Below are positions 13,780 to 27,300 of a stretch of 64,000 nucleotides of DNA, one piece after another. Every line of letters starts with the position of its first letter. The first letter of the stretch is position 1. A program made the position numbers and the translations under genes. A model generated the notes under the pieces. That model was not told where the DNA came from. It saw nothing but the letters and a program-made list of their open reading frames with translations, and made no database searches. This stretch comes from Azolla caroliniana (Eukaryota > Plantae > Polypodiophyta). Location: the NCBI GenBank assembly GCA_043228905.1, contig JBHGNT010000008.1, forward strand, positions 19,716,001 to 19,780,000. Direction: 5' to 3'.

Positions 13780-15229
13780 ATAATATCAAATGATGGAATC
13801 ATATTTTTCTTTTTGTAGCTATTAAAAGGTCCCACCTGCTTCATCTCATTCCAAGAAATAATGATGAGATTGGTAGCATCTATCTAATGTGTGGACTTTC
13901 CAAAAGTTAAACCAATAGAACCTCTTTTTTTATTTGTATTCGCCAAACAAATCTTAACATATTTTGGACTATTAGGATATGACAAAATTTTCTCTTTTAT
14001 CAAATGATATAGGTTGTACCTCTTTTAAGAAGCTGCAATGATCGGATCTTCCACATGGTGTTGTTAGGTACTCTCCCAAATCTATTGGTTGCTTCCATGA
14101 TGTAACATTTGTAGGGAAAAACATCAGTTGGTAGCATCACACTCAAATGCTTCCACATGATTAGGAGCATCTTCAAGGATTAGAAGCACTCTATGATTAG
14201 TTTGAGAATAAACAAAAGGTACAAAGAATTGAACAAAGTTAAATATATCAATCCAAGCATTCATTTGTGCAAAATAAGGTAATGACCAAGCATTTTCAAC
14301 CATTCAAGTTGGTTCCTTAGCCTTTCTAATATTTGTAATAGGAGCTTTTTCAATTACAAAGTCCTTACAACAAACAACTAAGGAAACTCTATCTAGAAAA
14401 AAAATTCTTACCTCAAATTGATCAACTACCCCTCATATGCCAACAATTCAAGGTCATTTTGATCAACTACCCCTCATTCACCATGCAAACTCACAATATT
14501 CAAACATTGACAATGACGAAATTTCGTAAACCAACCCCAAGTTTACTTGAAATTATCATTAGAAATATTTATTAATTCTGTGTAGCCAATCATTCAGTCT
14601 TCTCAATAAATATCGATGGAGGTAATGAAATTGAGAGCTGATGAGATCCATAAATCGAAGCATACAAGCATGCGTGTAATTTGGGGCATTTTTCTTTTGA
14701 TCCTCTAAAAGTTGGTTTTCTTATATTTTCATTTTTTTGTTGACTTTATCCTTCTTTATTAAAGTTCTAATTGCAAATTCACTTATACCAAATTATCTAC
14801 TTCTGTTGTGAAGAGAAGGAGATGATAATTGTTCCATTAACTCCAAAATTTGTAGCCTATATTCATCATTCGAATAACACCTGACACCTCGCTTATAAGT
14901 TGAAATCATCTCTGGTTTCAATTTGATTCAAATACGAGTGGTTCTAGTGGTGTGATCCTAATTCTTGAGTGATTAGAGTGATTGTAGAGGTTATGCTTCT
15001 TTAGCCTTGTACACAAAAACTTTTCACACAAAAAAATACCTAAGTGCCCTATTCAATTAAATGTGTACTCATGAAGTTACATGTGCGTGTTAAAAGTGGT
15101 CATGACTTTTGGTGACTTGGACAAGTGGAGCTGGGTTTGATGATTGAGTTGATAATTTTGGAATATCTTGTAATTGTCAGTTGTAATTAGTCCAACCTTC
15201 CTTTAGATGTTCTAGAGAGACTTTATTAA

Positions 15230-15640
15230 TCCGTGAATGTGTGTATGTGATTTTATGTACAACTACAATTGTACCAACACACATGTAAATGTATGGATTT
15301 ACACATGTCTTAGCATATAAGTGTACATATGTAATTCTCTTAAATTTTATGCATGTACGTATTATGTTTATGTTTAAGTGTATGTTATTATGCGAGGGGT
15401 ATGCATGTGTAAATGTAGTGGATGCATGTACTATATATGTATACATGAACGTGTATGTATTTATGTTTACATATATATGTGTATATATGTAAGTGTATGT
15501 TGTTGTGGTTGTGTTACTGTATGTATACAGTATGTATAAGGATGTGTATGATTATTTAAGTGTGTGCATTAATGTCAATGTATAGGTAACATGTAAGCTT
15601 TAATGTATATGAGTGAGTGGTATGTTGGTATGTTGGGGTA
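15230..15640. repeat. TA/TG-rich low-complexity tract
   Basis: Degenerate ATGT/GTAT repeats. Confidence 0.7.
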
Positions 15641-15877
15641 TTTAGGGAAAAGTGGATGTCTCGTCCTTCGTGGGTAGAGACTTAGGAGAAGTGAAGGTGA
15701 ACAGAATGGGGGAGAGGAATGATGTGTGAGTGACATAGACGCATCACTCGTTGTAGGTTCGACATTAGCTTAAATCACCTACATCGACAATCCATAATCG
15801 TCAATCATCGGCAAGAATAGCAATAAAAGTAGTAGTCATGTTGACTTGGGTAATCCTTTTTCTCCGTCTACTATTCA

Positions 15878-15961
15878 TCTACCTTGGCCGAGCGGTCTAA
15901 GGTGCCAGACTCAAGTTCTAGTTCTCATGAGAGAGCGTGGGTTCAAATCGCACTTCTGACA
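15878..15961 (+). tRNA. tRNA-Leu(CAA) pseudogene or tRNA-derived segment (5' acceptor strand lost)
   Basis: TGGCCGAGCGGTCTAAGGTGCCAGACTCAAGTTCT...GCGTGGGTTCAAATCGCACTTCTGACA matches plant tRNA-Leu(CAA) as recalled. The expected 5' GTCAGGA is replaced and several stem pairs are broken. Confidence 0.85.
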
Positions 15962-16144
15962 AAAATCAAGGTATTCACATGCCTCCATTATATGCTGAAT
16001 TCCGTTGTCGGAGTGAGGAGTTATGAGCATTTTCGTCTAAAGCCCTCTTTGCCCCGTGGCTCCTTAAACTAAAGGTAGATTTTGAAACCCTAAATCGATT
16101 GAAAGGTACATTCTACTTCTTCTATCATTTTATTAATAGTAAAT

Positions 16145-16963
16145 ATGCCAAGATGAGTAAAAGCCAATGATGATGTGATTGAAAGCCCAAACAATCAAAT
16201 GCATACATTGTCAATGGAAAAGATCGCAACTATGTATATCTCATTGCAAGAGACAATGATGCATATGCAAAGCGAATTGTATGCTTGTCAAGAGAGGGAA
16301 TTAACTCTTCAACATACGCTGGAAATGCAAAAGTTAGAGATGATGGCTTTGCGTGAAGAACTACCTGCAATGAAGATTCACATGACTATTCAAATGCAAG
16401 ATAATAGGATGCCTGAAATCGAAAGAAAAATGTTGAGTCTTGAAGCAAAAAAAGAGATTTTAGTGAAGGCAAATGCCGAAATAAAATCTACAATTGAAGG
16501 GAAGGAAGATGTGATCATCACAAGGTGGAAAGATGTTCTCTTGAAAGAAACACCAAAAATCACACAAAAACATCCTAATACCATGGATGTGTTAGATGTA
16601 AAGGAGCAATATGAAATCGAAAGAAGAAAGAATAATATTGTCATTAGAGGTATGCAAGAGAATTAAATAGAGAATGCATTATCACTTGGACAAAATATTA
16701 CGAATTTCTTTGAGGATCACTTTTCTATGCGAGATGTTATTGTATATGCCGCACATCGGGTTGGCAAAAAGCAACAAGAGAGAAAGACATCTTGAGCTAT
16801 TGTTTGTACAATCCTCGATGAACGTAAAAGGGCAATGATTCTAGATAGTAGTAAGGTGTACTAAAAAGGGACAAGTTATTTTGTAACGGAGGATAGAACT
16901 CCACAAGAGCAAGAACGTAGAAGGCAAGCATATGCATCTCGGAAAGAAAATCAAAATGCATAG
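16145..16963 (+). pseudogene. LINE ORF1 (coiled coil + RRM/CTD, L2/RTE-X-like), with in-frame stops
   Basis: Heptad-rich N-terminus, ERRKNNIVIRG, AHRVGKK, FVTEDRTPQEQERRR; ends 6 nt before the ORF2 ATG. Confidence 0.8.
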
Positions 16964-16969
16964 CAAGCA

Positions 16970-17188
16970 ATGACCTATGGGACTATAAGTACTTCACGAT
17001 TGAAAGTAATGTTTTGGAATTGTAGAGGATATCCATGGAATAAGGGTTTAGGACTCACTGATGTAGCTGAAGGTATGGATATTATATTTTTGGCTGAAAC
17101 ATGGGAGCATGAGGCAAAACGTATACCTAAGATAGACGGTTACCTCATAAAATCGATATGGCCTCACTCCAAAGGGAATATTCGATAA
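16970..17188 (+). pseudogene. LINE ORF2 N-terminus (APE endonuclease), 3'-truncated
   Basis: LKVMFWNCRG...DIIFLAETW...IPKIDGY. Confidence 0.85.
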
Positions 17189-17943
17189 AAGTTTATGTTA
17201 TCGAAAATTTGTCATTAACATAAACTTTTATCAACTTTTCAATAACCTTATCCATGTGGATTTGGAGACATCGCCCACAGATGATTGCTTCAAAGTTGAT
17301 AGTAAAGGTTTAATGTGTTCTTCGCATTATATTTTTGACTTATCTTTAGTGATATAGTAATAATCCATAATGCTCACATCAAACATTGTGCAAGGATAAC
17401 CAAGAAAATAAAGAGCAAGGACTTCTGTCAAACTATTCTCAAGCTTAGAGAACCAACTCATGAAAAAACTTCTTTTATGGTATCAAAATCCAATGTTAGA
17501 GACTATATTAAACATCCATTTTGATCGAATGTGGTTGGGAAAAACATTATTATCAACAAACTTCCAATTAAATATATGGATCAAAATTACATGACCCATA
17601 TTTTATCCATCTAGCGTTATCTTTATTATTGTTTTGTTTCCACCTATTTGTTGAGTTCTTTTCTTTTTGGGTGAAATCAAGCTACAGTGTACCAAGTTTT
17701 GGCCAAAATTCTAGTACTAATTCGATGAGGAGAAAAAACAGAAAAATTTGAAAATAATCCAATATTTGGGTCTAAAAAGTTGATCATCATTTGTTATAAA
17801 ATTAAAAGTCAAATAACAATAAACATTGCAAATCCTTCCACTGTTATGTATGTGTCTAAGTGTCCCTCGTGTAATCAATTTCATTTGAGGTTGTCATTTC
17901 ACAATCCTCGAACTATTAGTCATTTATTCAGTTAGTCAGTCAG

Positions 17944-18307
17944 TCTCTCTCACACACAATCTCTCTCTCTCTCTCTCACTCTCTCTCTTTCCTTATCCTG
18001 CCTCAAGAAACATCTCGAATTGACAAATAGTGAATTACTCTCTCTCTCTCTCTCTAAACAAGTTTGAGAGTTTGTGTGAGTATCACACTTTGATACAATG
18101 CTTTGCCTTTGATCATATTTGACCATGATCTCTTAGATCGAGCCCAATCCTTGCATGAATTTCTCTCACAACCATGTGTTGTCTTGATTGCAACATTCAT
18201 TGGTAAAGTTCTTGAACATCGAGAGTCATTACTGACTTTCACACGTATCACGTGAAATGTAATATTTTTGGTCTCATAGGTTATATCTGACCTTCGAAGA
18301 TGATAAT

Positions 18308-18353
<46 letters not shown>

Positions 18354-18416
18354 CTTCCACCTTCTGCTCGTTGATTCCCAATGCTCTTTGCTCATCTCTC
18401 TCTCTCTCTATGTCTT

Positions 18417-18460
<44 letters not shown>
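17944..18460. repeat. Cluster of (CT)n microsatellites with a short duplication (CCTTCCACCTTCTGCTCGTTG, twice)
   Basis: Directly visible in the sequence. Confidence 0.85.
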
Positions 18461-18462
<2 letters not shown>

Positions 18463-19434
18463 TCCACCTTCTGCTCGTTGTTTCCCATGTTCTCTGGAAA
18501 CTTTGCTCGCTCTGACCCCTCTACAACCTCCAAGCGTTCTCTACTCGTCATTTCCTCTCTGCAATGACTTTCTGCTTATTTCTCCACATTCTCTGCTCAC
18601 TCTCCTCGTCGTGGCTCCTTTGCAAACTCCAGGCATTCTCTACTCACTGTGTCCTCCCTGCATCGAGCTTTGTTGGTTGTGTTCCATCTACTCGTTGTGT
18701 TCCCTCTACAACAACCACCCCTGCTTGTTGTGTTCCCTTTGCCACCTATGCTCCCTTTTGTCAACAACATGTGCTCGTTGAGTTCCCTCTACTCGGTGTG
18801 TTTCCTTCCTTGTGACCTATGCTCATTGTATCCCCTCTACAACGACCTCTACAACTTGTATGACATCTAGGTCTCCTCCTACTTTAGGCTTTGTTGCATG
18901 TTTTGCATTTTCTTGAATATTGTACATGTTGACATATGGAAAGAGGGTGTTATGATGATTTGATGCTTTGTTCTTGTTGATGAACTTAAATGTTCTTGTT
19001 ATTGTTATTGTGATTGTTCTTGTCTATCTATTGTTGTCCTTTTTGTTGTTGTTGTTGTTGTTGTTGTTGTTCGTGTTTCTCTCCTCTATACATTTGAGAG
19101 TCTTCTACATGCATATGCTTGAATCTTGTACAAGTTGACATATGGAAAGGGGGTCCTATGATGATATGATGCTCTTGTTGTTGTTCTGTTTGAGCATGTT
19201 TGTTGTTCTTCTGTCTATTCACAACATGTTCATGTTTCGTATGTTTATTGTTCTTCTGTTTGTTTGTTGTTCTTGTTTTTCTACAGTGTTCATTTGAAAC
19301 TCAACTTCTTATAGTAGTTGTTGCTGTGCTATTGTGCCTGATTTAGGACTGTTATGATGACATGTATATGTTGTGTATTGGGAGTTAATATTATGTTGTG
19401 GTATGATTATCTTTTGACATTTTGTGGAAGCTAG

Positions 19435-20800
19435 TTGAAAAAGAGCGACGGGAGAAAAATGACGAAGAAGACACTAGTCAAAGAAAAAGTGAAGAAACCA
19501 TGTAAGGAAAGAAAGATGACCCCCATCAAAGAAAGTAATAAGACCCCCACCGGAGAAAGGCTAATGATTTCAACAACTAAGGGCAAGATGATGTGCATAA
19601 CCATCTTTCGAGGTATAAAATTAGGATGGAGTTATTTCCTTCGTACACAACCTGACATTTATGAAGACCTAGACACGTGGCTGATGAAAACTTGGGCTCA
19701 TCACAACCCGATTCAAGGAGAGGATTCCACATTAGATGCTTGAAGAAGGATTATATCACCAAACTGAATACACGATATGAACAAGTTTATGACACTAAAC
19801 ATGTCATAAATAATGAAGTAGGAATTGTTTTTGCACATGCATTTGCATGTGAAGTTCATGGTGGCATTGAAGTTGATTGGGAAGATTTTGCTCGTCATTG
19901 ATCGTCACATTATAGAGGGTCCTCCAGTACAAACACTACTATGAAGTCTGAGGGTACCTCTTATATTGAAATCCCAGCTAGGACACCTATGTCGAATGAA
20001 CAAATTGCAAAAGTAAGAGCAACACTAACAAAAACGCATGAAGAGTTGCATAGCTGCCATGAAAGCACTGCTTGTCACATTCTAGACTCGAACCTATGAC
20101 CTTTAACACACACAATACATTGTGTTGTGTTAACCATATGCAAACTCTTGTGAACTGTCCACAGGGATTGTGAACTTGTATATATATTGTAGAGTCTACT
20201 GTATAGTACATTAGACAATATTCTAGTCGTTAGTATATTCTAGAATTTTTCTGTGGTATATTCTAAATGGGTATATTCTAGACATATTTCTCGAATATAT
20301 TCTAGAGATATTCTTGAATCTCGGAAATTGTATAAATACTTGTAACATCATTGGTTCCTTTCAAGGGATTCAATACCAGTCATTGATACATCAATCTAGT
20401 ACACGCTTGGTGTGTCCGTAACACTGCTTACCAATTTGGAAGCAGTTAGATCAATTGAGATGGTGGAAGAGAAGCAATTCTCATCGATATCTTCTACATA
20501 CGAATGGATTGCATCAACAATCCAAAATTCTGAAAGCGATGTATTGAAAGAGGAGCCGACGAAGGAGCAGACAAATATGGGTACTCAATTGTACTCCCAG
20601 AAGAAAGATCTTGATACATGGAGGTCTTCTCGTGTGGAAATTGATGATAAGTTGTTAGCTTTAAAGCTGCATTTTGAGAACCTTGCATGTTTGATGTAGG
20701 TTCTAAAAGAGAAAGGGTTAGATACTATGTGTCCAGACGTAGTTGACCATCTTGCTTGCATGGAAAGTACCATTGCAAGTATTACTTTATCACGGTATTA
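19435..20800 (+). pseudogene. Degraded ORF of unknown function with a coiled-coil C-terminal part, interrupted by a solo LTR
   Basis: Frameshifted protein-like text (RYEQVY..NNEVGIVFAHAFACE..EVDWEDFA). The frame MKALL|TNLEAVRS is restored by removing 20073-20423 and one TSD copy. Confidence 0.45.
20073..20423 (+). mobile_element. Solo LTR (chromovirus-like)
   Basis: TGTCAC...GTAACA flanked by TSD CTGCT; TTCTAGA repeats and TATA similar to the 1892 LTR. Confidence 0.85.
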
Positions 20801-22187
20801 GTTTATATTTTTCCTTTTTGACCTTCTATGGTACAAAATATCATTTGCACTAATATATTGTAGTTTGTGTCTCGTTACTGTAGGTGTGTATTCTGTGGCC
20901 TTGGATTCAAGCTTGAGGCTATGGATGTTGTCATTACATTATGCTTGCACACATCTCATTTGCTTTCTGCTAAGTACCATTTTGAGAAAGGAAATACATG
21001 TATGGATTGTAAAAGTACAATTGGAGCTTAATGGTACTTAGCTTGGGGTTTAAAAGTGTGAGGAATAGCACTTGGCCACAACTGAGCCTCAAACATTTAA
21101 TGGAAGAACAAGAACAGAAGTGGAGGTTTGTACATTTACACCAAAGAGACAACACAGGATGTTTACATGGAAAACCCTGATGGGAAAAACCACGAGAGAC
21201 CACACACTCCAACTATCACTATGAGGCAATGACCTCGAGCTCTATGTCTTCGCCAACGGCGGTTACACATAGAAAAACACTTTCTGTGTGTGTGTGTGTG
21301 TGTGTGTCTCTCTCTCTCTCCCTCTCTATATACAACAATATACAATGGTCTACATACTACAACGTTTATAAAGTGATTGCCCTAAGTCATATTTATACTT
21401 ATATGACTTTTGAGCTATTTACAAATACAACCTCAATAGGCTCACAATGAAACATATTTACGCATATGTCCTTGGATCCGGTTTGCACTAGATCCATCCA
21501 GATTCCCTCGATCCGGTTTCCAGGATCCATCTGGAACCCTTCTGGATCCGGTTCTCATCTGGATCCCATCCGGAGGGACCGAATTCCCAACAAACTCCCC
21601 CTTGACTCCGGCATGGGATTTCTTGTTAGTCTGATTCGTCTTCAGCATGCGTCCAACTTGTTGGTTGAAAGCACTTGGGTTAGCATATCCGATCCGTTCT
21701 CCTTCTTGTGGATCTTCGTCACCACGAAGTCTTGATCTTCTACCTTCTCCCGGAGTTAGTGATATCTTCTCTGGATGTGCTTGGTCCGGGAATGTTAGGC
21801 CGCATTCTTCGCAAGGTGGATGGCACTTTAACTATCGTAGTAGAGCCGGAATTCCTCCTACCGGATCCGAGCTCTCCAATGAAGTCCTTCATCCAGATTA
21901 CTTGTTGGCTTCCACAACTGCCATGTACTCTGCTTCCATTGTCGATAGTGCAACAGACTTCTGCAACCTCGATTGCCACGATACGGCTCCCCCTTCATAG
22001 ATCATAACATATCCAGATGTAGATCGGTTGGTATCCACGTCAGCCAACATATCCGAATCTGTGAATCCGTAAAATTGGGGTTTACTAGAACCCAAACTGG
22101 AGGCACATACTCGAGGTGCCTTTCAAATGCCAGAGTATCCACTTGACTGCATTCCAGTGCTCTCTTCCCGGATTGCTCATGAACCGT

Positions 22188-23293
22188 TGTCGTGGCGTGG
22201 TTCGCCCAGAAGCGTAGCGTAGCGTAGATAGAAGATAACGTGAAAGTGAGGAAGGAATCGCTGGGATTATGGACAGAGAGACGAAAAAGTAGAGATAGTG
22301 TAAATAATGATCATCAAGATATGACAAGAAAGGATGTAAAATAATAATTGAGGGAATGTAAGAAATTTATAATTATTTCATGAAAGAGTTACAAAATGGT
22401 TGCAAGCATCATTGAACCGTCGAACTTTGTCTCACAAGGTAGTCACTCTTCTCTTTCTTGATAGTAGACCACAACCTTCCCTCCTATTTTTCGACGAGGA
22501 TAAGACTTGAACCTTCACCTTTTTGTTACGAGTTGAGCACCATCGCCACCAAGCTAGTTCTTCTCTTGTCTTTGAAGATTGTATAAAGCTTTTACCTTCT
22601 CTTCCTCTTTCTCTATTATGATATCTCTTACAATATAATTTCCCTCGATTCCATACAATAATTCTATTCAATATGATTGATTGATTCCTTGATATCCTTG
22701 TGACTATACTCCCTTCTCCTTTTATAGGAAGGGGATGGTTTTGCATGTGGGCCATATGTCACACATGCAAATAAGGCTTGTGCATGTGTGCTATATGGTG
22801 CACATGCAGTAGATTATATGGTTTAGACTATAAAATGCTACTTCAAATAAAACAACACATTTTCTTTTACACATATAATGAGTATTGGCTAAATGGTAGG
22901 CTTTGAGGTTCATAATGTGGAGGTTGTTGGTTCAAGTCTTCTCTCGCCCATGTAATACAATATATGGTGCACATATAGTACGTTATATGGTATAGGATTT
23001 AAACCATAGAATATTACTTCAAATAAAACAAGACATATAATTTTATATATACCACAATTATAGGGTAAATGGTAAGATTTTAGAGTCATAAGGTGGGGGT
23101 TATTGGTTCAAGTCCTCTCTTGTCCATGTAATATAATATATGTACATTTTATTTTCCTCTACATATAATGTATAATATTATCATAGTGTGTTTTGAATAT
23201 TACCTTTATAAAACATTATCAAGATATATTTTATTTTAGTTACGTATTTATCTTTTTGTAGACTTTAATGTGAAGATTTCGTACTTCACGACA
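22188..23293 (-). mobile_element. Solo LTR (TGTCGTGAAG family) inserted in copia RT
   Basis: Termini TGTCGTG...CACGACA; 4-bp TSD CCGT/CCGA (one mismatch); removal restores AVVVVSRFMSN; minus-strand CCTATAAAAG near 22720. Confidence 0.8.
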
Positions 23294-23713
23294 CCGACTG
23301 ACCACTACGACTGCATATGCAATATCCGGCCGAATGCACACCATTGCCTACATTAAGCTTCCGATGATAGAGGCATATGGTATCTTCGTCATATCCGACT
23401 TCTCTTCATTTGTCTTCGGGCTCTACTTTACAGAAAACTTGCAATTTTTCAGAAGTGTCGATCTGACCGGTTTCGCCTCCGACAACAGTTTCTTCGACCG
23501 GTCCCGGATTATGTGCATCTCGAGTATCTGTCTCGTCGAGCCCAAATCTTTCATTGAGAAGGTCCAATTCAGAGCCTTCTTCAGCATTCAGACCTTGATT
23601 TGGTCTAATCCGACGATCAACATGTCGTCCACATATAGCAAGAGTATCAGGAAGTCGCCTCCATCAAATTTCTTCACAAACACGCAATGATCAGATTGCG
23701 TCTTGTGGAACCC

Positions 23714-24312
23714 TGACAAGAAACATGCGGAATAATCTCCGGCCACAACCGAAGCGTAGATCACTTGATGACAATCGAACACAGAAGAAATGGGAATGGA
23801 GGTAAGTACACGAACAGAAAGAGAATACACAGGATGTTAACATGGAAAACCCTCGAGAGGGAAAAACCACGGGAGTCCACAGACTCCAAACTATCACTAT
23901 GCCAATGAGTACAATAGGGAGCATAGAGGCAACAACCTCCTGCTCACGATCTTCGCCTAGCGGTGGTTACAACAGAGACATGCTCTGTATCGCTCTCTCT
24001 CTCTCTCTCTCTGTACAGTCGTTACACCAAAATTACACTATACAAAGATAATAACAGCAACAGTCACAACACTATTTGCCCTTGGTCACATTTATACTAA
24101 TATGACAGTAGGACTATTTACAAATATAGCCCCAATGGGCTCTCAGAAACATATCTACATATATGTCCCTTCATCCGGTGAGAGGTTCTCACCAGGCCTA
24201 TAACATCCGGTTCTCACCGGGTCTTCCTTGCCGGGTACTCATCATCCAGTTCTCACCAGGTCTTCCGATGTCGGGCTTGCGTATCCCATCTGGAGGGACC
24301 GAGATCCTAGTA
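23714..24312 (-). mobile_element. Solo LTR of a sister copia family inserted in RT
   Basis: TSD AACCC; shares GGAAAACCCT..GGAAAAACCACG, CTATTTACAAATATA and GGAGGGACCG with the host LTRs; removal restores FMTDQGFHKTQSDH. Confidence 0.88.
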
Positions 24313-27300
24313 AACCCTTGGTCAGTCATGAAGGAGTCGAACTTCCGGTACCATTTCTGGGGGGCTTGCTTCAATCTGTATAAGCTCTTCTTTAGCCGGC
24401 ATACCAGGTGCTCCTTCCCTTTCTTCTCAAATCCTTCTGGTTGTTGCATGTAGATCTCTTCTTTGAGGTCACCATGTAGGAATGCCTTCTTGACGTCCAG
24501 TTGCTCTACCTCGAGGTCCATGCCTTTTGCTATGCTCAACACCATCTGGATGGATGTCATCTTTACAACTGGGGCAAAGATCTCATTGAAATCCACACCT
24601 TTGTTCTGCTGGAACCCCTTCACCACGATCCAGGCTTTGTACCTTGGTGGATTTCCGGCGTCTCCTGGTTTTAGCTTGTACACCCACTTGTTCCGGAGTG
24701 CTCTCTTTCCTTTCGGCAGCTCCGTCAATTCATGTGTGGTTCTCATGCAGGGAGTCCATCTCATCCTGCATGGCACTTAACTACTTGTAGTTGTGGGTGT
24801 CTTTCCTTGCTTTTTCGAATGTTTCCGGATCCCCCTCGTCGGTCAGCAACACATGTTCTGTATCCTGATATCTCCGGGGGGTTCTTCTCTCTCGGAGAGG
24901 ATATCTCCAACCTTGGTCTTCGGCAATTGGTTCCTCCTTTTGTTCCTCATCCAAATCTGATTCAGGATCTTCTCCGGTTCCGGTGTCTTCTTCTTCTTCA
25001 TCGGTCCGTTCGGTTTCTTGTTTGAATTCGGCCGGTTCATCGAGTGTCATCCGGTTACCGGCTAACATCTGGTTTCAAACCGGGGAACTCCTTGCATCCT
25101 CAAACCGGTTTCTGTCAATCGATCTAGAGTTCATCATCTTCTTCTCTGACTCCCAATCGGCAATGGTCTTGTCTTCCACGAAGACTATGTCCCGACTCTG
25201 GAACACTTTTTTGTCAATCAAATCCCACACCTGGTAACCGAACTCATCATCGTCGTATCCAAGGAATATGCATGGCTTGGACTTTGGATCCAACTTTGCT
25301 CTCTTGTCCTTTGCAACATGCACATAGGTGAGACACCTGAACACCTTCAGATGCCGGTAAGACACGTCTTTACCGGTCCATACTCTCTGTGGTGTGTCTC
25401 CTTCCAAGGGTGCCGAGGGTGACCTGTTGATCACGTACGTGACCGTCATCAGTGCCTTAGCCCAAAACGTCTTGGATAACTTTGCATGTGTTGGCATGCT
25501 TCAGACTCTCTCCATTATAGTCTAGTTCATCCGTTCGGCCAGTCCATTTAGTTCTGGCATGTTCAGCATGGTGAATTCGAGCCGGATTCCCTTTGACAGG
25601 CAATACTCCTCGAACTGCCCCTGGCATTGTCCTCCGTTATTTGCTCGAACCGCTTTAAGCTTCTGGCCGGTTTCCCTTTCCACTCCCACGTGGAGCTCCT
25701 TGAAGACGGACATCACCTGATCATTTGTCTTCAACGGTGAAACCCACAGCTTCCGGTTGTGGTCGGGCATGCATCAGGTACAACGTGTTGATCTTCCGGG
25801 CTCGAGCCACGATCATGCTTCCGTTGCTGAACTTGATGACTCCATTCCAAATGCTACCCATGTAGCCTTCATCATCTAGCTGACCAACTGAACCTCCGGA
25901 ACGTGTTGGACTTCTTTCAGCAACAATTTGCATCTGGTTGATGTCATCAACAACACATCTCCTATGCCGACAATTTGGCATGTAGCATCCTTCATTCCCC
26001 ATCCAGACACAACCGTGATCTCTGGCTGTATAGGATGAGAAGCATTTCCGGTCCAGTGTCAGATGGAACGATGCTCTAGAATCGACAACCCACATTTTCT
26101 CGTCTCTAACAAGGTTTAAATCATTCCCCTCGGTAATGAGCATCAGTTCTTCCTCGCTTGTCGTGATTGCCGACGTTCCCTTCTAATCCGGACCTTTCCG
26201 GTCCAAACTCTTCTTCAAATTGGTGTTGTCGGTTCCTTTCTCTTTCCAGAAATGCCGACAATTCTTTTGGAAGTGACCTGGCTTCCCACAATAGAAGCCA
26301 ATAGGCCTTCCCCTTGACTTTGATCTTGTCCCCGAATTTTCCCGGTTCTGGGGACTCCGGTACCGGCCTCTTCCCCGGTTATGGTCACCTTCTGTGACCA
26401 AGGCCATTGGATCGGTTCCGGACTCTCGTCCCTTCCGGCGAGCTTCTTCATCTAGCAAGCTTGATTTTACCCTACTAGGGACAACTGCTTTCCTTCTATC
26501 CTGGCATTGCCCAAAGTGACAACTAGCGTCTCCCAACTATCTAGGAGGGAACTGACCAGGAGCAATGCAAGTACCTTGTCGGCTAGAGGTACTTCAAGCG
26601 AAGTTGTTTGATTTATGAGCCCCTGAAATGTGTTCATGTGCTCCGCTATGATGGATCCATCCTTGTACCGGAGTCTCACTAACTTCCGGAATAGTGAAAC
26701 CCGATTTACAACGTTTTTACTCTCCAACATGCTGCTGATTTCCTCCCATAGCACATCAACCTTACTTTCTTCATTGAATTTGTTTTATAGGCTCATGCCG
26801 AGAAAGCACTGGATGTACGCTGTTGTCTTCATGTGCATTAACTCCCATGTTGTGGCATCAATCTTGTCGGGTTTCTTGTCTCCGAACTGTACTAGCAGCC
26901 AAAGATCTTTGACCATGAGCATGTCCCTCATCTTCAACTTCCACACTGGGTAGTTGGAGCCGGTGAGCTTGAACATGGTTCTGAATGACTCTTCCATTTC
27001 CTTGTTCGCTCTAATACCAGATTGTGAGGAATAGCGCTCGGCCACAACCGAGCCTCAAACACTTAATGGAAGAAGAAGAATAGAAGTGGAGGTTCATACA
27101 CTTACACCGAAGAGACAACATAGGATGTCTATGTGGAAAACCCTAAACGGGGAAAACCACGAGAGCCCACGGACTCTAAATATCACTATGAGAGGAGGAA
27201 TACAAGGTGAGACTCAGAGGCAATGACCTCGAGATCTATGTCTTCGCCAACAACGATTACAAACAAAAAAACACGTTCTGTGTGTGTGTCTCTCTCTCTT

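Larger units (their letters stand above)
8040..14870 (-). pseudogene. pogo/Tigger-type (CENP-B HTH + DDE_1) transposase relic, split by the copia at 8151-13779 (pieces ~13785-14870 and ~8040-8145)
   Basis: Minus-strand motifs FK*TWGWFTKFR..LHGE, DRVSLVVCC..KAKEP..LPYFAQMNAWID, VLLILEDAPNH, FPTNVTSWKQPIDLG, DATNLIIISWNEM. The acidic C-terminus continues across the TSD. Confidence 0.8.

Noticed and set aside
14870-15200. Terminal inverted repeat of the pogo relic
   Set aside because: No convincing TIR/TA pair was found; the other end appears deleted.
15884-16072. 62-aa ORF MAERSK...
   Set aside because: It is a translation of the tRNA-Leu sequence.
18054-19222. ORFs with RERE, SLSL or QQQ runs
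   Set aside because: They arise from microsatellites and low-complexity DNA.
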